A program made the translations under genes and the position numbers. DNA of 64,000 bases from Geosiphon pyriformis uo1 (lineage: Eukaryota > Fungi > Glomeromycota), in NCBI GenBank assembly GCA_016748015.1, contig JAAOMT010000523.1, positions 1,258,437 through 1,322,436 on the forward strand, read 5' to 3'. Shown one piece after another: positions 1 through 12,536 of this stretch. The first letter of the stretch is position 1; each line of letters opens with the position of its first letter. The notes under the pieces were generated by a model. That model was given only the letters and a program-made list of their open reading frames with translations. It was not told where the DNA came from and searched no databases.

Positions 1-1456
1 CAAATATCATTTCCACTACTGAAAACTATCACTTGTTGGAAGAAAAACTCTCTCGAATTAATATGGATTCCTTAGAACCTCAACAACAAAGACAATTGAA
101 ACAATTGATAGCTGAATTTGCAGATATATTTGCAAAAGACAACAATGACTTGGGAAAAACAAACATTGTTCAAAATCAGATCCATACAGGAGATGCTCTA
201 CCAAAACATCAACAAACTTATCGAGTGCCACCTACCAGCCACCAATTTATCAGAGAAGAAATCCAAAGAATGCTCAATAACGGATTGATTCAACCATCAA
301 GAAGTCCTTGGACCTCACTAGTAGTTTTGGTTAAAAAGAAAAATGGAAAAATTAGATTCTGTGTTGATTATAGACAACTGAATAGTGTTACAATTGGAGA
401 TGTCTACCCTCTTCCAAGAATTGATGACATGCTAGATGCTCTGGGAAAAGCCAAGTTCTTTTCAACTTTAGACCTGGAAAGTGGATACTGGCAAGTCAAA
501 TTGGACCCAAAACAGCATTCACCACTCAAGGAGGAAATTATGAGTTTAATGTTATGCCTTTTGGACTCTGCAATGCACCAGCAACATTTCAGCAACTTAT
601 GGATGTTGTCTATGAAGGGCTCTTGTGGCAATTAATAGTTGTTTATCTTGATGATACTGATGTATACTCACCAAGCTTTGAAGCCCATCTCATTCATCTG
701 TGAGAAGTTTTTCAACGATTACAGAAAGCAGAATTAAAGTTAAATATTGAGAAATGTCACTTTGGGAAAACAAGTTTGATCTTTTTTGGACACATAGTTA
801 GTAAAGATGGAATCAAACCAAATCCAGGAACAATCAATGTTGTCAAAAACTTTCAAACCCTCAGAAATACTACAGAACTAAGAGGATTTGTGGGATTAGC
901 CTCTTACTATCGAAAATTCATAAAAGGATTCTTAGAAATTGCCAAACCACTCAATTATCTTACCAACAAAAACATACCATACAAATGGACTGAAGAACAA
1001 CAAAAAGCTTTTGAAATTCTCAAAACAAAATTGACAACAGCCCCAGTTCTTGCTTACCCAGACTTCAACAAACAATTCCAATTAGCCACTGATGCCTCAC
1101 ACATAGTATTTGGTGCCATTTTATCACAATTAGATGAAAATGGCCAAGAACAAGTTATTGCCTATGCCAGCAGAACACTCAAGCCAACAGAACTCAAATA
1201 TGGCTCAACTGAATTAGAAGCTGCTGCAGTTATTTGGGCTCTTAAACATTTTCAACAATATCTGAAAAATAGAAAAAAATTTGACATAATAACGGACAAC
1301 ATTGGCCTCAAATGGCTTAATAAAAAGAAAACTGAACAAAGTGCCAAACAGTCTCGATGGAATGACTTCCTAGCAGACTACAGATATATTGTACACCACA
1401 AACCAGGAAAACTACATACCAATGTTGATAGCCTCTCAAGAATGAGACAAAATTAA
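1..1456 (+). pseudogene. pol: 3' part of ORF1: reverse transcriptase + RNase H
   Basis: RFCVDYRQLN, YPLPRIDD, LDLESGYWQ, YLDD at ~644-655; RNase H ATDAS...ELEAAAVIWAL...TDN...NVDSLSR. A 13-nt microhomology deletion near 510 (relative to copy E) shifts the frame; premature stops also present. Confidence 0.95.
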
Positions 1457-1513
1457 TACCAACAACAATTCCACCACAACTTACCAACTTACCAACAAAA
1501 TAACCAAACAAGA

Positions 1514-2899
1514 ATGGATCCCAGAAACTACAGCAATCTTAAAAATTATTTGGAGACTCTTACCATGCCAGAAAACTGGTCTCCAAATGAAAAACACCAC
1601 TTACAACACCAATCAAAACAATATTTCATACACCAGAACAAAATTTATTATAAAAATTACAGAAAACTAAACCAGCCACTCAGATTAGTACAAGAGAATG
1701 AAAAAAAAACAATATTATACAACATGCACACAAATCCGTCTTCAGCACACTTGGGAAAAGAGGGAACAATTCAAAGAACCCTTGAATATTATTTTTGGCC
1801 TCACATGCAAAATAACATTCGACAATATATAGAATCTTGTAATAACTGCCAAAGAAGAGGAGGAACTCACCCTACAGAACCTTTAAATCCAATCAAAGTT
1901 GGACAACCTTTTGACAGAGTTGGAATTGATTTAATCGGACCATTACCTATTACAACCCAAGGAAATCATTATATTGCAGTTGCAGTGGATTATCTTACCA
2001 AATGGCCTAAAGCTAGAGCCATCCAAAGAGCAGATGCAAAATCAGTAGCAAAATTCATCTATGAAGACATTATTTGTAGACATGGATGCCCAATTGAACT
2101 CTTATCTAATCAAGGAACACATTTTGTGAACAACTTGATACAAGAAATTTGTGAACGGTTCAATGTCAAAAGACCTCTATTATCACCTTATCACCCTTAA
2201 ACAAATGGACTTGTAGAACGTTTCAACAGAACATTGTGTGAATCTTTAGCCAAAGTCTCAACAGACTTTGAACAAGAATGGGATATTTTTATTCCATCAG
2301 TGTTATTAGCATACAGAACACTAAAACAAAATACTACGAAACACACACCATTTGATCTTACTTATGAAAAGACAGCAATATTACCAATTAATTTCACAGT
2401 GAAAACATACCCAGTGCAACCAATCAATGAAGAAAACTTTCAAGAGACACTCTAAAGAAGAGCCTACACTCTTCTTAGTACACTGGAAGGAAAAAGAAGA
2501 ATAGCAGCAGCTCATATTGAACATTTCCAAGCTCAACAAAAAGAAAGACATGACAACAAATTACCATCTATTACCAACGAATTTAAAGTTGGAAATAAAG
2601 TTCTCTTACACAGAACTAAGGCTGAAAAACAATGGAGTGGGAAATTTGAAAACAAATGGGATGGACCATTTTATATTCACGAAATTCTAGACAATGGATC
2701 ATATAAGTTAAGACTTGATGACAAAATATTAGCAAAAGTTGCACATAGAGACAGACTGAAACACTATCATTCCAAAAACAATCCTGAACCATTAATTCCA
2801 CAAATTGGTACACATTCCCCTTTAATTAATTCTGAAGATATTCCCCGAAATTTAGAACCAATAATTATAATAGAACAACAACCAAACTTGAACACTTAA
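1514..2899 (+). pseudogene. int: ORF2: stand-alone Gypsy integrase (HHCC, DDE, GPF/Y; no chromodomain), with premature CAA>TAA stops
   Basis: H...H...CNNC; VGIDLIGPLP; SNQGTHF; GLVERFNRTL; WDGPFYI. Same length as the open 461-aa copy at 35957-37342. Confidence 0.93.
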
Positions 2900-3036
2900 A
2901 TTCTACAATAATTCTCTACTAAAAACACAAAGACAAAAATAGTAAATAATTACAAAACACCCAAACCCAAAAACAAATAAAACCCCCAAAAAATAATTTT
3001 CTTTATTCTCTTTTTTCATAATTAGTCAATTTTATT

Positions 3037-3744
3037 ATGATTATTCCCCGAAATATTCAACAAATATCCCAAAAATTAATGTTAGCCTTGAAAACACTCC
3101 CTGATTTATCTATAATGATTAATGGAAGTCAAATTAAATACATTCAGAAAAAAACCACAGCCCCAGTAGCAAATCATTTACAGAACTATCACCCCTATAG
3201 AAGAGAAACAAGAAGTCACTCTGAGAATAGATTACCAAGACTTTTGAAGCAAACACTAGAAAAAAATCTGCTAATTGTCCCTATTAACATTCCACCAAAT
3301 GCTACAATACAACAAAAACTACTACTACTTCTTAATGAACAGAACAATGAACACACCTCTATTTATAGATACTTTCAAATTGGAAAAACACTTTATGAAC
3401 GAAAACTGAAACTTGAAGCAACAAATCTCACTCCTGAAGTTATACAAAAACAAATCTACAATGAATTCAAAACAGCAGCTGGACTAACAAACACTTACTA
3501 CAAACTTAAAGCAGCTTTTAGACTCTATGATTTGTTTAATACTTGTGAAAATGTTCTACAAAATCCAATACTACAATTAATGAAAATCCAATACATTGGC
3601 AAACTCACAGAACTGAAATTTCAACAATTTTCAGACCAGATTACTTCAATCATTTTAGATCACTATCTCAATATTACAGATAGTGCTTGGACTTCAATAG
3701 AACTCAGTCTTGAAGAGGAGATTATGTTACCAGTAGAATTTTAG
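3037..3744 (+). CDS. ORF3: conserved accessory protein of unknown function (235 aa), open, ending inside the 3' LTR
   Basis: Open 235-codon ORF, with homologues at the same position in E, D, B and G. Confidence 0.8.
   Translation: MIIPRNIQQISQKLMLALKTLPDLSIMINGSQIKYIQKKTTAPVANHLQNYHPYRRETRSHSENRLPRLLKQTLEKNLLIVPINIPPNATIQQKLLLLLNEQNNEHTSIYRYFQIGKTLYERKLKLEATNLTPEVIQKQIYNEFKTAAGLTNTYYKLKAAFRLYDLFNTCENVLQNPILQLMKIQYIGKLTELKFQQFSDQITSIILDHYLNITDSAWTSIELSLEEEIMLPVEF
3712..3724 (+). promoter_or_regulatory. Polypurine tract of element A
   Basis: GAAGAGGAG-ATTA directly before the LTR TGTTA. The same motif occurs in E (35120-35132) and D (~31313-31325). Confidence 0.8.
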
Positions 3745-4738
3745 CTATTAATTAGCATGAAATTACCTTTATAATTCCTATAATTCATTAATATATTAAT
3801 ATTATTTCAAATTATCATTTATTATTTAATCAATTATCACATATCATGATTCAATTAAAATAATCTAATTAGTATAACAGAAAGTAAGATGATCAAATTA
3901 CACAATACCCTGAACTTTGTAACATTCAAAAATTTGCCAAAATTTACCAAAATTCGCCAAAATTTATAAGAAATTCGCCAAAATTTACAGAAATTCACCA
4001 AAATTATGAATAGTTCACCCAAATTAATCAATAGTTCAGCAAAATAACTTGTAGTTCATCAAAATGTATCTTTAGTTTGCTGGAATTTGGGCAAAGAGAA
4101 AAAGTGCAAGTTCATAAACTAGTACTACAACAAGTTGTATAAAAGAAAAGCTTTTTTCTTCTGGAAAATGTATCTTACTTTAGATTTATCTCTTAAAACC
4201 ATTTCTATACACACAAAAAGAAATAAATATCAAATAATTCGAAAAACCAAATTCTTTAATTATTGTACTTGGAAAAACCCCCAAAAACCCAACTAATATT
4301 TCGAAATTGATTAGCTACTAATTTCAGTAAACTGTTAGTAACTCCAGGCCTGGATAGAAAACGTTTCTCTTGACAAAATTCTATTTCTTTTACATTTCTT
4401 TTATTTTTTTTTATTTTTTTTATTACAATCATTAGGATAGTCTACAGACAAGATTCCTGTAGAAGAGTTGACTTTCACAGCAAAGTAACTACACATTTTT
4501 AGTGAGCTTCCAGACAAACAATTCCTGGGAAAGAGTTGACATTTACTACAACGTAACTACATAAAATAACTGGCAAGGAATTGGCCATTCCACTTATAAG
4601 CCCAGCAGTTCAAATTATAGGAGATAATTTGAAGATAAATTCAGTTATTGGAGATTCAACTACTTCCTGAAAACGTAAATTCACAGCAAATCAACATTAC
4701 CAACATTTAAGAAAAGAGACCAAAAACCTCTGGTAATA
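3725..4738 (+). repeat. 3' LTR of A (F1, ~1.0 kb)
   Basis: 9-bp terminal inverted repeat TGTTACCAG/CTGGTAA(C>T)A; ~10-bp AAAATTCGCC-like U3 repeats at ~3929-4080; TATA-like GTATAAAAG at ~4137; six other copies in the window. Confidence 0.93.
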
Positions 4739-7700
4739 CCATTCAGTCTGTTAAGTGCTCGTTTCTAAGCATCCTTGATGGGGGTTCCCTTTCATACCCA
4801 ATCGTTAATTAATATGGTGTATTGACAAGCCTCGTCACATGTTCCTCCTCTGTTAGGCACATTATTCCAAAGTCCTTCATCTGGCAGGATTTTGCCACAT
4901 GCAAGGCATGGTGTGTTGTCCCACTTGCCTTGTTGTTTTGGTCATCCAAATTTTTCCAGTAAACAAGGTCTGCAATAATATTTGGTGGCAGTGGGCCATT
5001 TTTTGTTGTCCCTGATACATGCACCCATAGTGGATAGTTTTTTTCCACAATTGACACATATTAGTCTTGGGGGTTGGTAAAATAAGTTTCTTTGGTCTGA
5101 GGTTATGTATCCTAGTGATGACAATTGGGGTTCTTCTTCAGCTCTGTCTTTTCCTTTTTCTTCTCAAGTTGGTGGTGGAGGTAGTTCAGTTCAATAATTA
5201 TCTGTCCATAAAACCTGATAGGTTTCAATGGTTGGTGGCATTGATGTGTCTTCGAATTTAATAAGGAGTTCCTCAGTATGTTGGGTTTTAAAGTGTCTGC
5301 ACGTAGCTGGGACTTGGGCATGCTGTCCGTTGAACATGAGTTGAAGTTTTTGGGTGTTCTAGTCAAGAGTAGTGTTGGCTTTTGACAACCAATTGTTTTC
5401 TACTAGAGCTTGATATTGAGTAGCTTCCATGATGAGTATTTTGGTAAGGATTTGGATTTCATTAATTTCAAAGGGGAAGTTGTTAATTTCTCCTATTGGG
5501 GTTTTTGTGTTTCCATCCACTGTAATAATCCAGATGGTAGCAGCATGGTCTACTCGGCAACTTAGTTGGTCTATGAGCTGCTTCGTGATTATGCTACTGG
5601 CTGATCTGCTATTCAGGATTAATTTAATGTCTATTTTTCTGACTTTGGCATTAGTGTATAGGGCTGTTATTGGTTTATCCTGCTTGTTGACTGCTCCACT
5701 AAAAAGACTATGGGTGTTTAAATTATCAATGTCAAAAGGAAATATGGTGGCTAGGATGGTGTTTTCGGTAATAGTGACTGGTAGGATATTGCTTTTTGTT
5801 TGCTTGGAAGGTTGGGAGATTCATTCTATATTCCTTTTTTCCACAGGTGTAGATTTATCAAAACCCTGGTCTTCCATAAGACCGAGATAGGAAGCTTGAT
5901 TTGGGTATCCAGTTGGTGTTAGTTGAGATTGGGCAGGACCACGAAGAATTGGTCAAGACAGTCCACTGTTGGTTTGCACCTGATTGTTGTTGGAATTTCT
6001 CCATCCCTAATTATAGTTTATAGTTCGAAGTTTGGATGGGCTGTAAAGAGAAGTTTAATAGTGAGAGATTGCTTGTGTCATTGGTGGTGGTTGATAATAA
6101 TTCTGGGGCGGTGGTTAAGTATACGGGACTTGTTATGTATATAGAGGCAGTTGATTCTAAGGTATAGAATATTGGGTACTATGTTTTGCTGATATCTGGG
6201 TTGCTGGTATGGGTTTTCTTGATTTTGGTTCATGATCTTCCTTCTGCAGTCACAAGCGATGTGTTCAGATTTCTGGCAGTAGTAACAGTTGTGAGGATCG
6301 GATCTCTAAGGTTGTTGCTGTTGCTGACAGTTCTGTTGCTGTGGGTATCTGCTGTTGTTGTTATTTTCTTTTTGTTAGGGTGGTTGGTAAGTTTCTGTAG
6401 TTCCGGCTAAGAATCCCTCAATTTTCTGAGTTAGTTTCTCACTCAATTGGGTTATCTTTGTGTCAATGTCAGAGGTTCTGTTAATGGCTAAATTAACAGC
6501 TTGGGTATGGTTCACTTTTTGTTCTGCAGACTCAAAATTGCAAGTGAGAGCAACAGTGTCTTGTAAACTGGTTGAATGGTGGGGTCTTATAGATCTTAGA
6601 ATACTACTCCGCAATCTTTTAATAAATTGATTAAGAACTTGTGCTGTGATGTAGTAGTCCCTTTCAATAGCTAATATTTGATACAGGATTTAATTGAATT
6701 GTTCAAGATAAGTAGTTACTGCTTCATAATCTTTTTGCTTAATTATGCTAAATTGATTTTGCAATCGGATTAATGTATTGGGGTCACAGAAGTATTGCAG
6801 AAATGCGAGTTTAAACTCAATAAAGGAGGTAAGCTTCTCTGCCAGGCTCTAGTACCACGAATTGGCGGTTCCGGTCAGAAAGAACAGCAGTGCCTGAATT
6901 GTGTGGTCGTCATTCCAACTGTTAGTGGTAATTGCTTTCTTAGTGTCTGTAATCCAAGAATATGTATTATCTTCTTCACCAGAGAATTTTTCCAATTTAG
7001 CAATATCCTGGTAAGCCATGATCCAGTTAATGGGTGGGGTGTTACTGGTTATGTTTAAAGAAATTGGTGTCCGCGTATTCAAGTGTTCTCTAGATGCTAA
7101 TGCTGGTTGCTTTCCTTTGTTGCTTGAACCAATAAGTTGTAAGATAGCTGTTTCTTCTATCAGGAGAGATGCTGATTCTGCTAGGTTTTGTGCTGGTGGC
7201 TGTTCTCAAGTTGACAGGTTTCCTTCTGTTTGACCAGCTGCTGGGGTAAAATTTCTAAACAACAATCCATATTCTCCTAGTGATTTGGTCCAACTGTGTT
7301 GATTCTAAGGGTATGGATTTCAAAGAGTTCGTGGTGTTTTCGACTGGGTTTCTGGAGGTGGATTGAATACAATTCTACTTTAGGATGTCTGATGGTATGA
7401 TGAAGTTGTTGGGGAGAGGACCCTTGGTTTCTTGTTGACCATGAACCTGACTTGGACAGTTATGGGATTGTTGGATTTGTTTTTATATTCCTCAGGGTTG
7501 GATTCCACTGGTTGTTGTACTTGAGGGAATTGTTGTGCCATGTAATATTTAATGTCTGTATCGATTATGTGCAGAGTTTCAGCAATTGCTCGGGTAGTCG
7601 TGGCTATTGAATACCCTAGTAAGCTTTGATGGATTTGTTTTTCAAGTCTTCCTATATCAGTTGCACAGCCTAACAAGCAGTCAATTTTTGCATTGATATA

Positions 7701-7823
7701 ATTACAAAAATCACTTTCTACATAAGCAGTTTCTGCTGGTATTCCTAGGTCTTTTCGAAAGTATTGAAATAGTGCTTTTCTGTACGAGAAGTGGTCCTTT
7801 CCTATTGTTCCAATAGTTGCCAC
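4739..7823 (-). pseudogene. gag: ORF1 5' part of H: gag-protease-Cys-rich domain
   Basis: Fragments MAYQDIAKLEKFSGEED, AVNLAINRTSDID, CVNCGKKLSTMGAC...YCRPC; many stops. Confidence 0.85.
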
Positions 7824-7866
7824 TTTTATGTATTTTTGGGGGTGCTCTGTCTTTGTGGATTTATAA

Positions 7867-7883
7867 CCTCACAGAGAGCACCA
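7867..7883 (-). promoter_or_regulatory. Primer binding site TGGTGCTCTCTGTGAGG (complement resembles the elongator tRNA-Met 3' end)
   Basis: Starts with TGG 2 nt after the LTR end; identical 17-mer in B (17290-17306). Confidence 0.85.
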
Positions 7884-7885
7884 AA

Positions 7886-8968
7886 TGTTATGGGTAAACT
7901 TGATGGGTATGGGAAATAGTAACGTTTGGTGCTTTTAATTATTGATAATACATCTTCCGCATAATTCTGTTGGCTTAGTCTTAATTATCAGTCTCTGAAA
8001 ATCTATTTCTGGATGTGAATTTTACCTGTTGAGTTCTTTGGTTATAAGGCACAGAGTTTGTCTTTCGTCAATTACAATATTTTTCATAAATGTGAGCTTT
8101 TTTTTCTGAGCTAACGAATACAGTCATTATGGTCTGGTGTTGTCTTTTTGCCCTTCTGGTAAGCTAACAAGATAATGTTAATATCCAAAACTTAGGAAGA
8201 GCTTCCCTCTTTTACCAGGCTATTACAAAGTCTATTCCTAGACAGTCAATTTTACTATGTTGCTGCTTCACAAAAATAAGACAGAAAAAGAAAAAAAAAG
8301 AAAAAGAAAAGAAAAGAAAAGAGAGAAAAGATAAATTAATATCATCAATTGCCATAATCAAGAGCGATTGGTCCAAATTGTTAATAGGTTTGAGATGGTT
8401 ATGCTAAGAGCATCTGTTCTAAAATGGAGGTACGAGACAAAGATTAATTCACATAAATTCCACGAAGTTTGAGAACATGAATTTGTGATTCTGATTTCTT
8501 TAATAATTGGTTTATTTCAAGAGATGAAATAGGGAAGATAATAAAGGATGAAGGAGTATGAATATTTTAATTCTGGTCTAGAGGTTTGTATCTATCTGTC
8601 TGTCTTTTCTTACTTCTATAACTACTTGCTTTTATACATTCTTTTGGTTTTACAGGATTGCTTTCAATTGTCTTGCTATTGCTAGCTATTGCTTTGTTGT
8701 TTCTGTTATTGCTTTGTTTTTCTACGTTATCGCTAGTTATCCTATATTATAACATGTTATCTGATGTTATTACATGTTATTCTGTGTTATCCTGCATTAT
8801 AACACATTATCTTACATTATTGCATGCTATTCTGTATTATCCTGCATTATAACATGTTATCCTATATTATAACACATTATCCAACGTTATTGTGTGTTAT
8901 TCTGTGTTATGTTACGTTTTGATCACATTTCTTCATAACTTTGGATCAGTTTTTCTACTCGGGTAACA
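7886..8968 (-). repeat. 5' LTR of H (F2, ~1.08 kb)
   Basis: TGTTA...TAACA ends; ~20-bp U3 tandem repeats at ~8730-8910; homologous to 53985-55020. Confidence 0.88.
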
Positions 8969-11900
8969 GCATGATCAACTCAGCAACCTAATTGGTTTAT
9001 GAGTTGTCTTGTAATGATACTGCCAGCTGATTTACTGTCTAGAATCAGTTTAATGAAGTGACTATCAGCTTTGGCATCAGTGTACATGGCAGTAATAGGT
9101 TTTTTTTCCAGAGTGGTCCCACTAAATAACAGCATGGTCAATAGTTCTTCGAGTTCAAATGGGAAGATGACATCCAGTAATTTATTCTCAGTAATGATAG
9201 CTGGTGGAATGTTGCTGGTAAGTGTTGGTTGTTGGTTGGTTTCCAGGTTATTGGATTGGGCATCTTCTGGGGAGATCAGGAGACTTAAATAGTGTTAGAA
9301 ATTTGGGTTTTGGGAGTTTTTAGTGCCCAAATTCTGTTGTTGAGATTTTAATGACTGGTTTGAAGAACTGGGGATTGGTTAATGGACTACAATTGATGAT
9401 CTCCAGCTTTGTTGTGTCAGTTTTGGTCTTTGGGTTCTGTTTTGAGGTAAGTTCTGTGGCAGTGCTTGAATTTGTTGGGACTGATAAATTACCTGAGGCT
9501 GTGGCTGATAAATGGGTTGAGGCTGTAGTTGATAAATAACAGATGTTGTTGGCTAATAAATTAGTAGTTGATAGATTGACTGTAGTATCATAAGTAGGTA
9601 ATTCAGTTGATACAGTTCTGGTAATTGATTACTGACATAATTCTGAGTTTGTAGTTGGCAATCAAAGTTTTGATACTGATGGCCTGATCTTTGTTCATTT
9701 AGCCATTTATGGTATTCAAACTGTAAATGTCTTTGTTTACCACAATAGTGGCAAGCATGTGTCTCCTACTATCACTGTTAATTAATCAAGGATATTAGAT
9801 GCAACTAATTCTGGAAACAATTTGCATTTTCATAATTATTGTATTATTGTGATGGTTGATAAATTGTGTGATTGTTAGCTAAGTATCCTTCTAATTTCTG
9901 ATTGATGGAATCACTAAATTGTTTTAATTTGGAATCCAATTTAGATAATTTATTCATTACTAGATTAATGACTTGGACATGGTTAGCTTCGAGTTCAGTG
10001 GCTTCAAAATCTCTGGCATTTGTAACTGCAGCTTGAAGATCTGCTGGATGTATTGGGCACATGCATTGAAGAATGCTACTGTGCAGGCCTCTAATGAATT
10101 GATTTAAGATCTGTGGTGCTATGAAATAATCAGCCTGTATGGCCTGGATTTAGTGTAGATTTCTGTGAAAATGTCCTAAGTAAGTAGTGACTGCTTTATT
10201 TTCTCTTTGCTTAATGGTGGTAAAAGTGTATGTCAATTAGTTGATGCTATTATTATTACTGAAATATTGCAGGAATACAAGCTTGAATGTATTGAAATCT
10301 TGGGGTTTGTTAACCAAGCTTTAATACCATGAATTGGTAGTATCTTAGAGAAAGTAGGGAATGGCCTACATGGCTCTGGCATTATCCCATCTGTTGGCTG
10401 TGATGGTTTTTTTCATATCATTTAGCCACACTTGGGCATCGTTCTCTTTGCCAGTGAATTTTTCAAGTTTGGCAATAGAAGCATATGCCATTGGTGCTAT
10501 GATTTGTTGTTGTGGTGGTTGTTAAAGTTGTTGTTATAATGGTTGAAGTGGCTGTTGTGGTTGTTAGAGTGGTTGTAGTGGCTGCTGTTGGATCAGTTCA
10601 ATAATCAGTTCAATTGGTGGTTGATTGATAATGATTACTGGAGGTAAGTTTTGCTGATTAATTGTTTTGGGGTTTGGATTGTTTTGAGTTTGCTAGATTC
10701 AAATGTTCAGAGGTTCGATTTTGGGATTTTCTAGGATCGGGTTTTGGTAAGTAAATTCTTAATTCTTACTTCCCTTTTTTTCTGATTCTGTTACTTTTCA
10801 CAGACTTGTAGTTCCGAAATCTGGTTGAGGTAGTGGTAATTGAAATTTTGATAGCATTGATGATTGTAATTTAAACCCTTCAAAATATTTGCCATATGAT
10901 TTTAGCAACTTTGCTTTTCTTTGTTTACTTTGAAATAGGAATTATCCAAAGGTTGATGTTGTATTTAATGTAAATGCATCTACTGATGAGATATTGATGA
11001 CACTTCCAGGTGTATAATAATATGATAGATTGGTTGGTAATTCAACTTTGGTTTTCTTCCAAGTGGGTGGTTGTATTTGTTTTGGTGTTACTGCTGGTGT
11101 TTGCAATCTTCCTTTGTCTTTGTCTGTATAGGTGATGAGGAATTGTTGTGTGTATCTTTTAATAATTTGATTGATTTCTCTGATGATTGGTGTGAAACTG
11201 TAGTTTCTTGGTAAGCTGGTATGTTGAAATAATTCTGTATAGAAATTTTCTCTTACAGATTCAATGTTAATTGTTCTTCTTAAGCAGTCTGTGATTTTAT
11301 TATTGACATAGAAGTTAAAAACTAATTCTATTGGAAAGTGATTATTGTTTAATCCTAATTGTTGGCTGTACTGTTGAAACAAAAATTTGGCAAATCCTAA
11401 ATGGTTTGTTCCTATAATCTCTGATTCTGCCACTTTTGAATAATTGTTATTGGTGTTGTTCTTTGTAGACTTATACTTCATAGGGAGCACTAAATGTTAC
11501 AAGTGATTATTTAGTGTTTCAGATCAAATAACAGATTTGTAACTTGGTGCTCAATTGATATGTTGGTGTTAATCTCTGAAGGTTTGGTGGATCTAAAGGT
11601 TTTGTTGTAGAGTTTTTTGTATAATAGACAAAGATTTAATGTTGTTTTTCTTATAGCCTTCCAGAATCACAATTCTGTCAAATTCTTTTCTTAGCATGGT
11701 GGCCAGTAATCTGGCAAAGATGCTCTTCTGGTAAGCTATCTATTAATATATATAATTCTTATACCCTTTCTTTTGGGTTTTTTACCAGGCTATTCTTGAT
11801 GTTAATAACTTAGTACTTAATCTTCAATCAATTAGTAATTCCAAAAAAAATAACAAAATAAAAAAAAATAAAAATAAAAAAAATAAAAAAACAAGTAAAA

Positions 11901-12367
11901 AACAATTGCAAGTTAGTATCCCATCAATAGCCATAATTAAAAGCTATTGTTCCAGTGTGGTTAAGTATTAATTACTATCAACATATAGTATTAATAGTGA
12001 AGAGTGGATTAAGATAACAAATAGTTATTTATTAATGTAGAAGATTGTTAAATCAAATTTAAACTGAGAAGTCTCTAACTAAAAGATTCTGTCTTTTCTA
12101 CTTTTAGTACTACTGCTATATATACATAATGAAATTCCTCAATTCTTCAATTTTTTACACCAGGAATTCTGAAATTCCTGGAATCCTGCAATTTCTTTAA
12201 GAGGAATCCTAAAATTCTGAAATTCTGTAATTCCTTGTACAAGAATCTTGGAATTCCTGGAATCCTGCAATTCCTCTGAAAAGAATTCTGGAATTCCACA
12301 TTTACTGTGCCTATCTCTGATTGGCTAATTTATATGCTAGTATCTTTTCTATATTCTATGAATAACA
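8969..12367 (-). mobile_element. Ty3/Gypsy family F3a, copy I (5' LTR, gag, protease N-terminus). Interrupted by H and inserted into the integrase of C.
   Basis: LTR 11495-12367; decayed PBS at ~11476-11492; gag-protease fragments 8969-11433 (LILDS motif at ~9035-9050). Confidence 0.87.
11495..12367 (-). repeat. 5' LTR of I (F3a, GAATTC-rich U3 repeats)
   Basis: TGTTAC...ATAACA ends; homologous to 28801-29646. Confidence 0.87.
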
Positions 12368-12536
12368 CTGGTAAAGTGTATTTTGATGGTTGATAAAATA
12401 TTTTGATTGCTGTTTTATGTTGTTTTATTTCTTTTGAGATAATTTCTCCTTGAACAATTGGGTATCTATATAATGTTGAAGTTGTTTGTATTTTTGTATA
12501 TTCATCTTTTTGTTATATTTTTGGGTTGAAATGTTT

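Larger units (their letters stand above)
1..4738 (+). mobile_element. Ty3/Gypsy LTR retrotransposon, family F1, copy A (5' part outside the window), inserted into element H
   Basis: RT-RNase H, integrase, ORF3, PPT and a 3' LTR (TGTTACCAG...CTGGTAATA) in order. Near-identical to copy E (34209-44073). Confidence 0.95.
4739..8968 (-). mobile_element. Ty3/Gypsy family F2, copy H (5' LTR, gag, protease, start of the Cys-rich domain). Interrupted by A and itself inserted into element I.
   Basis: LTR 7886-8968, PBS, Gag with CYYCQKSEHIACDC knuckle (~6245-6290), protease LIL(D>N)S(G>R)SA. Homologous to G. Confidence 0.88.

Noticed and set aside
3037-3744. ORF3 as an env gene
   Set aside because: No visible signal peptide, transmembrane helix or Cys pattern, and short for a fusogen.
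5429-7233. Hydrophobic plus-strand ORFs (also 41356-41625, 49111-49449, 62105-62389)
   Set aside because: Antisense shadows of CAA-rich gag; boundaries are not conserved between copies.
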